Shown here piece by piece: positions 1 through 8,388 of a stretch of 64,000 nt of DNA. How positions within the stretch are numbered: the stretch's first letter is position 1; each line of letters begins with the position of its first letter. Source of the stretch: Nitrososphaerales archaeon. GTDB lineage: Archaea > Thermoproteota > Nitrososphaeria > Nitrososphaerales > UBA213. The stretch lies in the NCBI GenBank assembly GCA_965197925.1, contig CBDAOC010000018.1:32001-96000 (forward strand), given 5' to 3'. The translations under genes were made by a program, and so were the position numbers. Below the pieces are notes generated by a model. The model was not told the origin of the DNA, did no database searches, and saw nothing but the letters and a program-made list of their open reading frames with translations.

Positions 1-111
1 CATGATAATTGCTCGTTCTTTATTTGGGCAGTAACATGACAATGTAATTAAAATTGGTCGATGTGCCGATCCAGTTTGCTGGGGAATAATTAGGATCCAA
101 TCTAGAGGACA

Positions 112-540
112 TTATTCCGTATTCTGCCAATAGGTGAATTTCTGAGGCCTAATCTTGATACAGAGATCGCTTAACTCTACTTTTTTATACTGAGAATATT
201 TCGAAATCAATAGTTTGTGAACTTTACCCATTTTCTTTTTATCTTTGAACTCAACAATACTAGCCTTTCCATGAATCATCAAAAAGAAGAGCTTACCCCA
301 TTTTTCATGGTAATAGTCAATAAGGAGGGTTGTATTGGGATTTTCTTTTATGTTTTTTATTCTTCTCAACTTTCTTGGATTCACACGCTTTTTCTTTTTA
401 TCCAGAGGTATAAAAAACGAGTTTTTATTGAAGACAAAGACTACAGGTATTACATGGGGCCTTAATGTTTCATCCACTGTGGCCAGCCTAGCTACTCTGG
501 CACTAATGATAAGATCCATTAAATGTTGGTTAAACTTCAA
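112..540 (-). CDS. Pyridoxamine 5'-phosphate oxidase-like (PPOX class, F420/FMN-binding) protein
   Basis: ARVARLAT...PHVIPVVF, RRIKNIKENP..LLIDYY.E.W..L pattern typical of the PPOX family; true start may be a few codons inside the ORF. Confidence 0.8.
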   Translation of the reverse strand: MKFNQHLMDLIISARVARLATVDETLRPHVIPVVFVFNKNSFFIPLDKKKKRVNPRKLRRIKNIKENPNTTLLIDYYHEKWGKLFFLMIHGKASIVEFKDKKKMGKVHKLLISKYSQYKKVELSDLCIKIRPQKFTYWQNTE

Positions 541-895
541 TGAATATTGTTATACAATATGACTAAAATTATTTTTTTAGACTGTCAAGCTCACAATTAA
601 ATGATATACAAAACTAACTTTTTTCTATTCTTTGTTTATAGTAATTACAGGCCATTAATATGAAGATTCCAGACTTAAAACCTGTTTTCGGTTCAAGCAA
701 TCTAATGGTATTTATGAATTGCCAATGTTATGTTGGGTAATAGGGAGAAAAGTTAGAACCAGAAAAAAATCTCATTCATTGAAAAATAAGGTTGTAGGTG
801 TTGTGTAGCCACCCCAATGGCTTTCTGCCCTGACGGCGATCCTCCCTGGGTGAAAGTTTATTGCAAGGGTGATCCCCCGTAGTTGACGAGGAACT

Positions 896-2329
896 TTGAG
901 TAAGGAGATAGGTATTACTACTAGGAAGAGTGACGATTTTAATGAATGGTACACACAAGTAGTCCTGAAGGCGGGACTCGTTGATTATGCACCTGTGAAA
1001 GGTTTCGTAATCTTACGTCCATACGGATATTCTATATGGGAGTCCATCAGGGATATTGCGGATGAAATGTTCAAGGAAACTGGACATCAAAATGCATTCC
1101 TTCCCGTATTGATTCCTGAAGGTCTGCTAGGTAAGGAAGCTAAACATTTTGAAGGTTTCAGTCCTGAAGTGTTTTGGGTAACTCATTCTGGGAATGATGA
1201 ACTTTCTGAACGTTTGGCATTGAGACCTACATCAGAAACATTGGCATATGAAACATTTTCAAATTGGGTACGTTCCTATAGAGATCTTCCATTAAAACTG
1301 AACTTCTGGAACACTGCTTTACGTGCAGATATCAAAGGAACAAAGCCTTTGATACGCACCTCAGAATTTTTGTGGCAAGAAGGACACACGGTTCATGCTA
1401 AAGAGGAAGAAGCGAAGGAAGAGGTCATGATCATACAAGAGATTTACAAGTCAATTATTGAAAATTATTTGGCAATTCCTGTTATAGTTGGGGGTAAGAG
1501 TGACAAGGAAAAGTTTGTTGGTGCCCTTTATACCAATACATTAGAAGCTTTAATGGCTGATGGAAAGGCACTACAGATGGGCACTTCCCATAATTTGGGT
1601 CAAAATTTCTCTAAGACCTTCAACATTAAATATTTGGGCATCGATAATAAAGAGCATTATGCATGGCAGACGTCTTGGGGAATATCATGGCGCTTGATAG
1701 GTGCATTAACAATGGTTCATGGAGATGACAAGGGACTTGTACTACCCCCTAGAGTTGCTCCAATCCAAGTTGTAATCATACCAATATTATATGGCGAGAA
1801 AAATAAATCACTGATTCTAGAGAAAGCAAAAGAGATTAATGAATTATTGTCAGGCCTCAAGGTGTACCTTGACGATAGAAAGGAGTTTACACCTGGATAC
1901 AAATTTAATGATTGGGAGATGAAAGGCGTACCATTACGTTTAGAGATCGGCCCAAAGGATTTGGAAAAGAATTCAGTTATGCTCGTTAGGCGTGATACAG
2001 GTGAAAAAGTGAGTGTTGAAAGCAATCAAGTAACAAGCCAAGTAATAACAGTTCTGCAACAGATACAAGATAATCTGTATAAAATAGCTAAGGACTTGCT
2101 TAACAGGAATGTTCATGTTGTCAGTGAGTATGGCAAATTCAAAGAGATGATCAGCAATGGTGGATTCGTTAAAGCATCATGGTGTGGCAATCTGGAATGC
2201 GAGGAGAAGATCAAAGGAGAAACAGGAGCTGATATTCGAGTAATACCAATTAATCATGATCCACTTTCAACCTGTATCTACTGCAAGAAAGAAGGTAAGT
2301 ATGTGGCTTATTTTGCAAAGGGTTATTGA
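896..2329 (+). CDS. proS: Prolyl-tRNA synthetase (archaeal/eukaryotic type)
   Basis: LALRPTSE, EFLWQEGHT, QMGTSHNLGQNF, SWGISWR, C-terminal Zn-binding Cys and YFAKGY end; TTG start. Confidence 0.97.
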   Translation: MSKEIGITTRKSDDFNEWYTQVVLKAGLVDYAPVKGFVILRPYGYSIWESIRDIADEMFKETGHQNAFLPVLIPEGLLGKEAKHFEGFSPEVFWVTHSGNDELSERLALRPTSETLAYETFSNWVRSYRDLPLKLNFWNTALRADIKGTKPLIRTSEFLWQEGHTVHAKEEEAKEEVMIIQEIYKSIIENYLAIPVIVGGKSDKEKFVGALYTNTLEALMADGKALQMGTSHNLGQNFSKTFNIKYLGIDNKEHYAWQTSWGISWRLIGALTMVHGDDKGLVLPPRVAPIQVVIIPILYGEKNKSLILEKAKEINELLSGLKVYLDDRKEFTPGYKFNDWEMKGVPLRLEIGPKDLEKNSVMLVRRDTGEKVSVESNQVTSQVITVLQQIQDNLYKIAKDLLNRNVHVVSEYGKFKEMISNGGFVKASWCGNLECEEKIKGETGADIRVIPINHDPLSTCIYCKKEGKYVAYFAKGY

Positions 2330-2476
2330 TATAAACTCAAAATTTGAAAATCAAATCTTTAATTTGTTGATGAATTACACTGGAATTATCTTTACACATT
2401 ATTCTGTTAACATTGAATCCAAAGCGATCTGAATAACTTCTCAAAAAATAAAACGATTAATAGATTAAGTTTTTCA

Positions 2477-2490
2477 AAAGGCTTATAAAT
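2477..2490 (+). promoter_or_regulatory. BRE/TATA-like promoter of the DEAD-box helicase gene
   Basis: AAAAGGCTTATAAA about 25 nt upstream of the start of a hairpin-forming leader. Confidence 0.5.
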
Positions 2491-2511
2491 AACTCTGAGG
2501 GTAGTTTGTTT

Positions 2512-2578
2512 ATACAAGACCGAGCGCAGAGAGAAGCACGAAGTCAAGGTACTGCTTTTTTCTTCCCTTGATTGTGTA
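2512..2578 (+). promoter_or_regulatory. Structured 5' UTR hairpin of the DEAD-box helicase mRNA
   Basis: AGAGAGAAGCA (2528-2538) pairs with TGCTTTTTTCT (2553-2563) using G-U pairs; outer stems TACAA/TTGTG and CGAG/CTTG. Confidence 0.5.
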
Positions 2579-2592
2579 AAAAGTGAAAAAAA

Positions 2593-3825
2593 TTGAAAAG
2601 TTTCAAAGATTTAGGAGTAAAAAGTGAGATACTGAAAGCTATAAATGAAGCAGGATTTACAGAACCATTTCCTATACAAGTAGAAGCAATTCCCGTTATG
2701 CTGAAGAGAGGAGATATTATTGGTCAGGCTCATACCGGTACAGGAAAGACGGCAGCTTTTGGAATACCGATACTACAACAAATGAAGCCTAACATACCTG
2801 TTCAGGCATTGGTCCTTTCACCGACAAGGGAGCTTGCTTTGCAGGTAACAAATGAAATCAAGAGATTTGCGAAATATATACCAGTAAAAGTAGTAACGAT
2901 TTATGGCGGACAGAGCATTAACATCCAGTTTCAGGCCTTAAAGCATGGACCAAATATTGTTGTAGCAACTCCAGGTCGGTTGATGGATCATGTGAGACGT
3001 CGTTCAATTTCACTTGGGAATATAAAATTTGTTGTTCTTGATGAAGCCGATAAGATGTTAGATATGGGCTTTATTGAGGATATCCAGTACATACTTGATT
3101 TGTTGCCTAGAGATAAACAGGTAAGTTTGTTTTCTGCTACCATGCCAAACGACATAGTTAGAATCTCCGAAAGATACATGTATGAACCCCATAAATTATT
3201 GATCGACAATGATGAGTTGAGTGTAGATACTATAAAGCAATCATATTTGATAGTAGACGGAAGAGACAAACTTGAACATCTTTGCAACCAATTATCAAAG
3301 ATTAAGGATCAGACGATAATATTCTGTGCAACAAAACAAAGGACTAGAAATTTGGCTCAAGATTTACGACAAAAAGGATACAAGGTAGATGCTCTACATG
3401 GAGACCTTAGGCAGAGCAGGCGGGACGATGTTATGAACAGATTCAGAAAGGGTATGGATGACATACTCATTGCTACAGATATAGCGGCAAGGGGAATTGA
3501 TGTTCCTAAAGTCGGACATGTAATAAATTACGATGTTCCTAACGAGTCGAACATGTACTTCCATAGAATAGGAAGGACGGCTAGGGCAGGAGGATCAGGA
3601 GTGGCTTTTACTCTTGTGTCAAGAATTGATCAGGAATCATTCAACAGTGTACTAATGTCCACTAAAGTGCCGATAAAGAGGATGAATGAAGAGCTTGGAA
3701 TAGAAATCAAGATGGGCGAAGCGCCAAGGAAGAATTATGGTTATTCAAAGAACAATAGAAATCGGTTCTCAAAACAGCGTGGAGGCCATCAAAAACACTA
3801 TTACGGATTAAAGAGTAGATGGTAA
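2593..3825 (+). CDS. DEAD-box ATP-dependent RNA helicase
   Basis: Q motif, AHTGTGKT, PTRELA, TPGR, DEAD, SAT, ARGID, HRIGRTAR; basic C-terminal tail. Confidence 0.97.
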   Translation: MKSFKDLGVKSEILKAINEAGFTEPFPIQVEAIPVMLKRGDIIGQAHTGTGKTAAFGIPILQQMKPNIPVQALVLSPTRELALQVTNEIKRFAKYIPVKVVTIYGGQSINIQFQALKHGPNIVVATPGRLMDHVRRRSISLGNIKFVVLDEADKMLDMGFIEDIQYILDLLPRDKQVSLFSATMPNDIVRISERYMYEPHKLLIDNDELSVDTIKQSYLIVDGRDKLEHLCNQLSKIKDQTIIFCATKQRTRNLAQDLRQKGYKVDALHGDLRQSRRDDVMNRFRKGMDDILIATDIAARGIDVPKVGHVINYDVPNESNMYFHRIGRTARAGGSGVAFTLVSRIDQESFNSVLMSTKVPIKRMNEELGIEIKMGEAPRKNYGYSKNNRNRFSKQRGGHQKHYYGLKSRW

Positions 3826-4402
3826 TCCGTAGATATTTTTCAACTATTACCGCCTATCGTTAAATGATTTTTGTTGTTTGGAATTGGGATTAATAAGGGA
3901 TATCCGAAAGTAGAATCCTTTTCAAATCTTTGAGAGATTTAAAGACAAGCTGCAGGGTCACATTTTTTATTGGTATAGATTGTAAGTTTAGTTGAGAAAT
4001 GTCCTTTACCTCATGAATTCTTTAACTGACGGTATTATATCATCCTAGTCAAATACCTCACCCAGCAAGATGTACATATTAGGACAGATCCAACCTTCCT
4101 ATTAGGAAAGTTAGACAAGCCGTGATTCGTTTTTTAGATTCCTCTACCCTACGTATACCGTTGAAAAATCCTAACAGACAAGAAATAATCAAGACTTAAT
4201 GTTGATAGCAAAGACAATTGACCTATTGTCTACTCTGTAGGACCTTTCACCTGCATTTGATCCTTCCTTAATTTTTAAACCTATTTTGGGAGACTGGTAT
4301 TAACTATGGCCAATGTAAAAATTTTGAGAATAGTCTAATAATTACATTGGCCCATGGTTTTCACAACTGAAGAAGATCATAGAAACAAGAATAAAATAAA
4401 AC

Positions 4403-5002
4403 CTAGCTGTATGTTTTGACATTCCCAGATACAAATTTGTTGCCAGTAATTAAAAATCTCCACTGCTTATTCACCGCTAACCTTATACCTATTCTGGGGG
4501 TAGCTTTTATGGAAGAACGATTTATTGGTAGACCTTCTAGGATATACATATTCCCTTTTCTTGTAATATCTGTCCCATTGTGTTTTTTGTTCACATTTAA
4601 CGCATTTGTAAGTTTTCCAGGACCATTTGTTAAATTATAAAAGTCGTCAATTTTTCGAAATTTTTGCATATGCCCTATGCCCATAATTGGTTCAATCGCT
4701 CTTATTAAAACGGCGCCTGCAGGAAAAGTATCTTCCTTTGCCACTATATTTAAGCAGTAATGAATTCCATATGTGATGTAAACATAAGCAAGACCAACCT
4801 CACCAAACATAACACCATTCCTTTCAGTTTTGCCATTGTGCGAATGACTGGCAGGATCATCGATTGATCTGTAGGCTTCACTCTCAACTATAATTCCAGA
4901 TAAGAGGTTTCCATCTATGACCCTAACTAATATATTTCCTAAGATCGCTTTAGCGACATCGACAGTATTCCTTTTATAAAATTCTCTTGGTATAATTTTC
5001 AT
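4403..5002 (-). CDS. mpg: DNA-3-methyladenine glycosylase (MPG/AAG family)
   Basis: IVESEAY, YVYITYGIHYCLNIV, AVLIRAIEP, NGPGKL, TPRIGI. Confidence 0.93.
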   Translation of the reverse strand: MKIIPREFYKRNTVDVAKAILGNILVRVIDGNLLSGIIVESEAYRSIDDPASHSHNGKTERNGVMFGEVGLAYVYITYGIHYCLNIVAKEDTFPAGAVLIRAIEPIMGIGHMQKFRKIDDFYNLTNGPGKLTNALNVNKKHNGTDITRKGNMYILEGLPINRSSIKATPRIGIRLAVNKQWRFLITGNKFVSGNVKTYS

Positions 5003-5583
5003 AGAAATTCATCTAAAGAGTTTTTCTTTAATTCAAGTTTTTTGAATTTAGCGACCAGTTCATCTATATCTTTCATGAATACTGGTTTCAACCGCGGATT
5101 ATAAATCACAGCCGCCGGATGTACTGTCAAAAAGTAAAATCTGTTTTCATGGAGAATGAATTTTCCCCGGTTTGATGTTATTGAACGACCTTTAAGAAGG
5201 GCTTGATATGCGGTTCTACCTAGAATACAGATAATTTTTGGGCAAATCAATTTGATCTGTCTATCAAGGTATGGTCTACATGAATCTCTTTCTTCGTCTG
5301 TAGGTACTCTGTTACTAGGCGGTCTACATTTTACCAAATTTGTAATGAAAACGCTTTCACGTGAAAGCCCTGCCTCTAACAATGCTTCAGTCAATATTTT
5401 TCCTGCAACACCAACAAATGGTTTTCCTTGCTCATCCTCATTTCTTCCAGGGGCTTCACCTATGAACATAAGTTTTGCCAAACTACTACCCTCTCCCGGC
5501 ACGGCGTTTTTTCTGTCTTTGCACAATCTGCATAATGTGCAATCCTTGACTTCATTTCTAATAATTTCAAGAGTCTCTACCAT
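4999..5583 (-). CDS. udg: Uracil-DNA glycosylase family 4 (Fe-S)
   Basis: CxxC, GEAPG, PFVG, KCRPP.NR.P, HPAA. Confidence 0.93.
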   Translation of the reverse strand: MVETLEIIRNEVKDCTLCRLCKDRKNAVPGEGSSLAKLMFIGEAPGRNEDEQGKPFVGVAGKILTEALLEAGLSRESVFITNLVKCRPPSNRVPTDEERDSCRPYLDRQIKLICPKIICILGRTAYQALLKGRSITSNRGKFILHENRFYFLTVHPAAVIYNPRLKPVFMKDIDELVAKFKKLELKKNSLDEFL

Positions 5584-5699
5584 TAAATTATATACATATA
5601 TTGATAAACATACTAATTAATAATTTGTTACCTTAGATCTTGTACTAATTTGATACCTACGAAAAAAACCGTCACGCACTAATATTTGATTGACACTTT

Positions 5700-7124
5700 T
5701 TATCTAACACTCTTCACAGTTGCAGTCCCTCTTATGTATGGCCCACCATTTCCCATTCGCATCGTTTGCATTGGATCTCCTTTTCCACAATTCAAAATGG
5801 GCCTGATTTCTAATTCCTTGCTACATGCATCGATTGAGCTGAAGAATTCTGGAGCTATCCCCGTTACTATGATATCTCGCAGGAGATCCGCAATTTCTCC
5901 ATCTTTAATTTTATATGCATATTGGCATGAAATACTCCAGTTGTAGCGCATCATATCTATAGACGGGACCTTCATATTGCAAATAAAATAACCATCTTTA
6001 AGATCCTTGATCATTTCAAAATGATCCCAGTCGCCAGCATTGATGTATGTATTTGCCATTCTTATTAAAGGCATGAACTCATAACCTGTTGCTCTCATTC
6101 CTGAATTTGGTACTGAATTGAACTTTGTTGCGGTTTCCCTACTGTGTATATATTCGTGTAATATACCATTATTGATTAATATTTTTTCCTTGGATCTTAC
6201 ACCTTCATCGTCATATTTGTAGTGACCAAGACTTTGTTCCATAGTTGGATTATCAGAAACCGTAAGAACATCAGATCCTACCCTCTGACCTGTCTTCCCA
6301 GCCCACCAAGCACCTCCAGCCCAGGCCATCTCATACCCCAACACCCTGTCAGCTTCTGATGGATGTCCGAGAATTTCATGGGTGAGCAAAGCAACAAAAT
6401 CTGGATTCATCACTACTTTTGCTTTATCCTCCTTCACTTGTTTAGCATTTAGTAATTCCGTTGCCTTTAGTGCAACATCTTCAGCAGTCTTTCGTACATC
6501 AGAATAATCAATTAACATCTCTATGCCTCCACGACCACCCTCCGTTCCAGATACACTCTGTGTAAGGCCCGAGTCATGAGCAGTTGCTGAGAGGTTAGTT
6601 ATAGTATCAACATACTTTTGTAGGATCTTGGAACCATCGCTACTTACAAAGAATTTTTCTTCATCCCTATAACCTATTGAGACTGATGATTTGTTAATTT
6701 TCTGGCTAGTTTCCCTAATTATCTTATCACAATCCCTTGATAACTGTAAAAGTTCTTCCATTGACCCGCGGGGATCCTTCTTGCAGGAGTAAATCACTTT
6801 ATCAGTGAAGGACTTTACATCGGCTAAGACAACTTTATCCTTCTGGTATCTACTAGAACTTTTGGCCAGCTTGAATGCCTGCTCAGCTGCAGTAATAACA
6901 TCTCCAATGGTATTTGGATTCGTAGACGCATAGAATCCCCATGCACCATCAACTAGCACACGTATACCGATCCCAGAGTTCTGTCTCGAAGCGAAATGCT
7001 CTATAGAGCCATTTTCAATCAATAACCCTTTGTCAGTACTAACTTCAAATCGAGCATCTGCATAGCTAGCTCCTAAACTCCTTGCATGATCAATGGCTTT
7101 AAGCGCAAAATCTTCTGTGCTCAC
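5700..7124 (-). CDS. tldD: TldD/PmbA family metalloprotease (TldD-like, catalytic motif present)
   Basis: GIGIRVL..GAWGF, HEILGHPSEADR, YDDEG, RMANTY, CGKG. Confidence 0.9.
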   Translation of the reverse strand: MSTEDFALKAIDHARSLGASYADARFEVSTDKGLLIENGSIEHFASRQNSGIGIRVLVDGAWGFYASTNPNTIGDVITAAEQAFKLAKSSSRYQKDKVVLADVKSFTDKVIYSCKKDPRGSMEELLQLSRDCDKIIRETSQKINKSSVSIGYRDEEKFFVSSDGSKILQKYVDTITNLSATAHDSGLTQSVSGTEGGRGGIEMLIDYSDVRKTAEDVALKATELLNAKQVKEDKAKVVMNPDFVALLTHEILGHPSEADRVLGYEMAWAGGAWWAGKTGQRVGSDVLTVSDNPTMEQSLGHYKYDDEGVRSKEKILINNGILHEYIHSRETATKFNSVPNSGMRATGYEFMPLIRMANTYINAGDWDHFEMIKDLKDGYFICNMKVPSIDMMRYNWSISCQYAYKIKDGEIADLLRDIIVTGIAPEFFSSIDACSKELEIRPILNCGKGDPMQTMRMGNGGPYIRGTATVKSVR

Positions 7125-7230
7125 AACAAGGTTATCATGGTGATATGATAAAAATCAACTTGTCGATGTTTGAAAGACAATATCGCTTATAAAGAAGTGA
7201 AAATAAGTATAAAAAAGAGGTATCACTGTC

Positions 7231-8388
7231 ATGCGAATATTACAGACATCCGATAATCATCTAGGCCAGGTTGGCTATTCTAGAGTGGATCCTGAGACTG
7301 GTCTTAACTCCCGTGGTCTTGATTATTTAAATTCTTTCAGGACCATAGGAAAGATGGCCCTGACTGAACACGTAGATATTTTTGTTATCGCTGGCGATTT
7401 ATTTGCAAATTCCAACCCATATCATTATTATATGTTGGAAGTTACACGAATATTGAAACGCTTATCAAAGGCTGGAATAATGACTCTAATAGTAAGTGGT
7501 AATCGTGATAGACCAAGTACCATTTCTGGACTTAATCCCTTGACTATTCTGAGTGAAATTGAAAACGTCTTTATCGCAACCGAGCCGAGCACTTTCATTC
7601 TTGGAAGTTATGACTTTGTATGCGTCCCTGCACCCCTGAAGTTTGATGAAATTGGCAAAGAGTTCCCTTCTTTGCTTGATATAGCCTTGGAAAAATCAAG
7701 TTCTGACAAGAAAATACTTGTTGGACATATACCGATTGCGGGAGCGCAAACTGGTTCAGAGCAACTGGTAGAATCTTTTGGCGGTGAATATGTAAAGCCC
7801 CATCAGATTCCCAACAAGTTTTCATACATTGCTCTAGGTCACATGCACAAATTCCAACAGATAGAGAATGTACTTCCGATGTTCTATTCGGGTTCTTCTG
7901 AGCGTTTTGATTTTGGAGAGGAGGCCCTTGATAAATATGCTCTTCTTGTAGAACTAGAGAACGGAATTAAAGTAAAACCAGTTAGATTACCAATAAGAAA
8001 AATGATTACTGTAATAGATTTTGACTGTTCGGGTTCCTCTAGGTCAAAGATAGAAAAATTTGTTTTAGATTCAATTGACATAAGAACCAAGGAATTAAAA
8101 AATACAATTGTAAGGATCAAACTCGAAGAGATAGACCTACACGAAAATAGTGCAATAAATTGGGAACCAATAATAGAGAAACTAAAAGAGTGTCGGGTTT
8201 TCGATTTCAAGATACAGGCACAAACAACTGTTGCGTTGTCAGAATCCAGCTTGCTGGGCGAGCATTACATTTTGCCCCCAACAGATGAACTTGAACTTTA
8301 CTTAAAGAGTAATAGGAAATATGTTAATAAGACACAAACAATTTCGAAAATTGGTGGAGAAATAATAAAGAGGTCTATGAAAGAATGA
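7231..8388 (+). CDS. Mre11/SbcD-like metallophosphoesterase nuclease
   Basis: SDNHLG, AGDLF, GNRD (variant of GNHD), GH, ALGHMH, YSGS.ERFDFGE; overlaps the Rad50-like gene (ATGA). Confidence 0.9.
   Translation: MRILQTSDNHLGQVGYSRVDPETGLNSRGLDYLNSFRTIGKMALTEHVDIFVIAGDLFANSNPYHYYMLEVTRILKRLSKAGIMTLIVSGNRDRPSTISGLNPLTILSEIENVFIATEPSTFILGSYDFVCVPAPLKFDEIGKEFPSLLDIALEKSSSDKKILVGHIPIAGAQTGSEQLVESFGGEYVKPHQIPNKFSYIALGHMHKFQQIENVLPMFYSGSSERFDFGEEALDKYALLVELENGIKVKPVRLPIRKMITVIDFDCSGSSRSKIEKFVLDSIDIRTKELKNTIVRIKLEEIDLHENSAINWEPIIEKLKECRVFDFKIQAQTTVALSESSLLGEHYILPPTDELELYLKSNRKYVNKTQTISKIGGEIIKRSMKE

Noticed and set aside
217..562. Antisense/overlapping ORFs in the track (for example 217-465, 1717-2025, 30007-30450, 53915-54490, 59187-59684)
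   Set aside because: They are shadows of well-supported genes on the opposite strand and have no recognisable motifs.
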